Part shown: positions 63,430-64,000 of the stretch, in pieces | Numbering within the stretch: the stretch's first letter is position 1 | How the letters are laid out: every line of letters starts with the position of its first letter | NCBI RefSeq assembly: GCF_016432865.1 | Contig: NC_067398.1 | Location: 490,048,001-490,112,000, forward strand | Reading direction: 5' to 3' | DNA: 64,000 nt | From: Antechinus flavipes | Lineage: Eukaryota | Translations under genes and position numbers: made by a program | The notes under the pieces: model-generated | What the model saw: the letters and a program-made list of their open reading frames with translations, nothing else | Told to the model about the DNA's origin: nothing | Databases searched by the model: none

Positions 63430-64000
63430 AAGTCTAGTTACTATTTTTATTTCTTACCAGATCACTCAGAAGTCAATGGAAGATTGTTCTTTGATCTTCT
63501 CTTTCTCTATTTTATTCAAGTAAGCAAGTAGATATATAAAACTTTCCTTAAGAACTGCTTTATCCTCAATCCATAAATTTTGGTTAATTGTCTCATTGTT
63601 ATAATTCTCTTTGATGAAATTATTGATTGTCTCTATGATTTGTTATCTCACCCACTCATTTTTTAGGATTAGATTATTTAGTTTCCAAATAATTTTTACT
63701 CTGTTTTTCCTTGGCCCTTTATTACATGTATTTTTTGCATATGATCTGAAAAATATCCATTTATTATTTCTGCATTTCTGCATTTGATTTTGAGGTTTGT
63801 ATGCCCTAATACATGGTCAATTTTTGTATAGCTTCCATGTACCAGAGAGAAAAAAATATATTCCTTTCTGACTCCATTCAATTTTCTTCAAGGATCTATC
63901 ATCCCTAACTTTTATAAAATTCTATTTATTTCATTAACTTCTTTATTATTTATTTTGTGGTTTAATCTATTTAGTTCTGATAAAGCAAGATTGAGGTCCC
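63430..64000 (-). mobile_element. L1 ORF2 endonuclease region (runs off the window)
   Basis: ORF 63696-63881 'KEYIFFSLVHGSYTKIDHVLGH...SDH' is the L1 APE endonuclease motif. Confidence 0.93.

Noticed and set aside
1-64000. Prokaryotic or viral systems (CRISPR, operons, endogenous non-retroviral viral genes, ERV gag/pol/env)
   Set aside because: No spacer-repeat arrays and no gene-dense tracts; every recognisable ORF is L1 or L2. A degraded viral insertion cannot be excluded without tBLASTn, but I saw no motif for one.

Overview
Eukaryotic, AT-rich, CpG-depleted genomic DNA from a marsupial, most likely a dasyurid such as the Tasmanian devil. The species call is inferred from WSINE1-, MAR1- and RTE-type retroposons and marsupial-type L1 ends. 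There are four short N gaps. I find no recognisable host protein-coding exon and no rRNA, tRNA, sno/miRNA gene or CRISPR array, so the window reads as a long intron or gene desert. Much of it is transposon debris: L1 (5' UTR/ORF1, endonuclease, ORF2 C-terminus and 3' UTR pieces), L2, L3/CR1, MIR/MIR3, MAR1, WSINE1, RTE 5' fragments, four solo LTRs, one hAT MITE and many microsatellites. All ORFs with a recognisable protein match are L1 or L2 remnants. The best-supported oddities are structural: an L1 with only its 5' UTR and half of ORF1 that is still flanked by a 15-bp target-site duplication, an L1 with a ~970-bp internal deletion, and nested solo LTRs. More speculative candidates lie in repeat-free islands: a possible 3'-terminal exon, an AG|GT recursive-splice-like site, a TGACA motif cluster and a perfect ER6 element. 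I do not see convincing evidence of a new multi-gene biological system. Repeat family names come from my recollection of consensus sequences, and boundaries are by eye (+/- tens of bp unless junctions are quoted).
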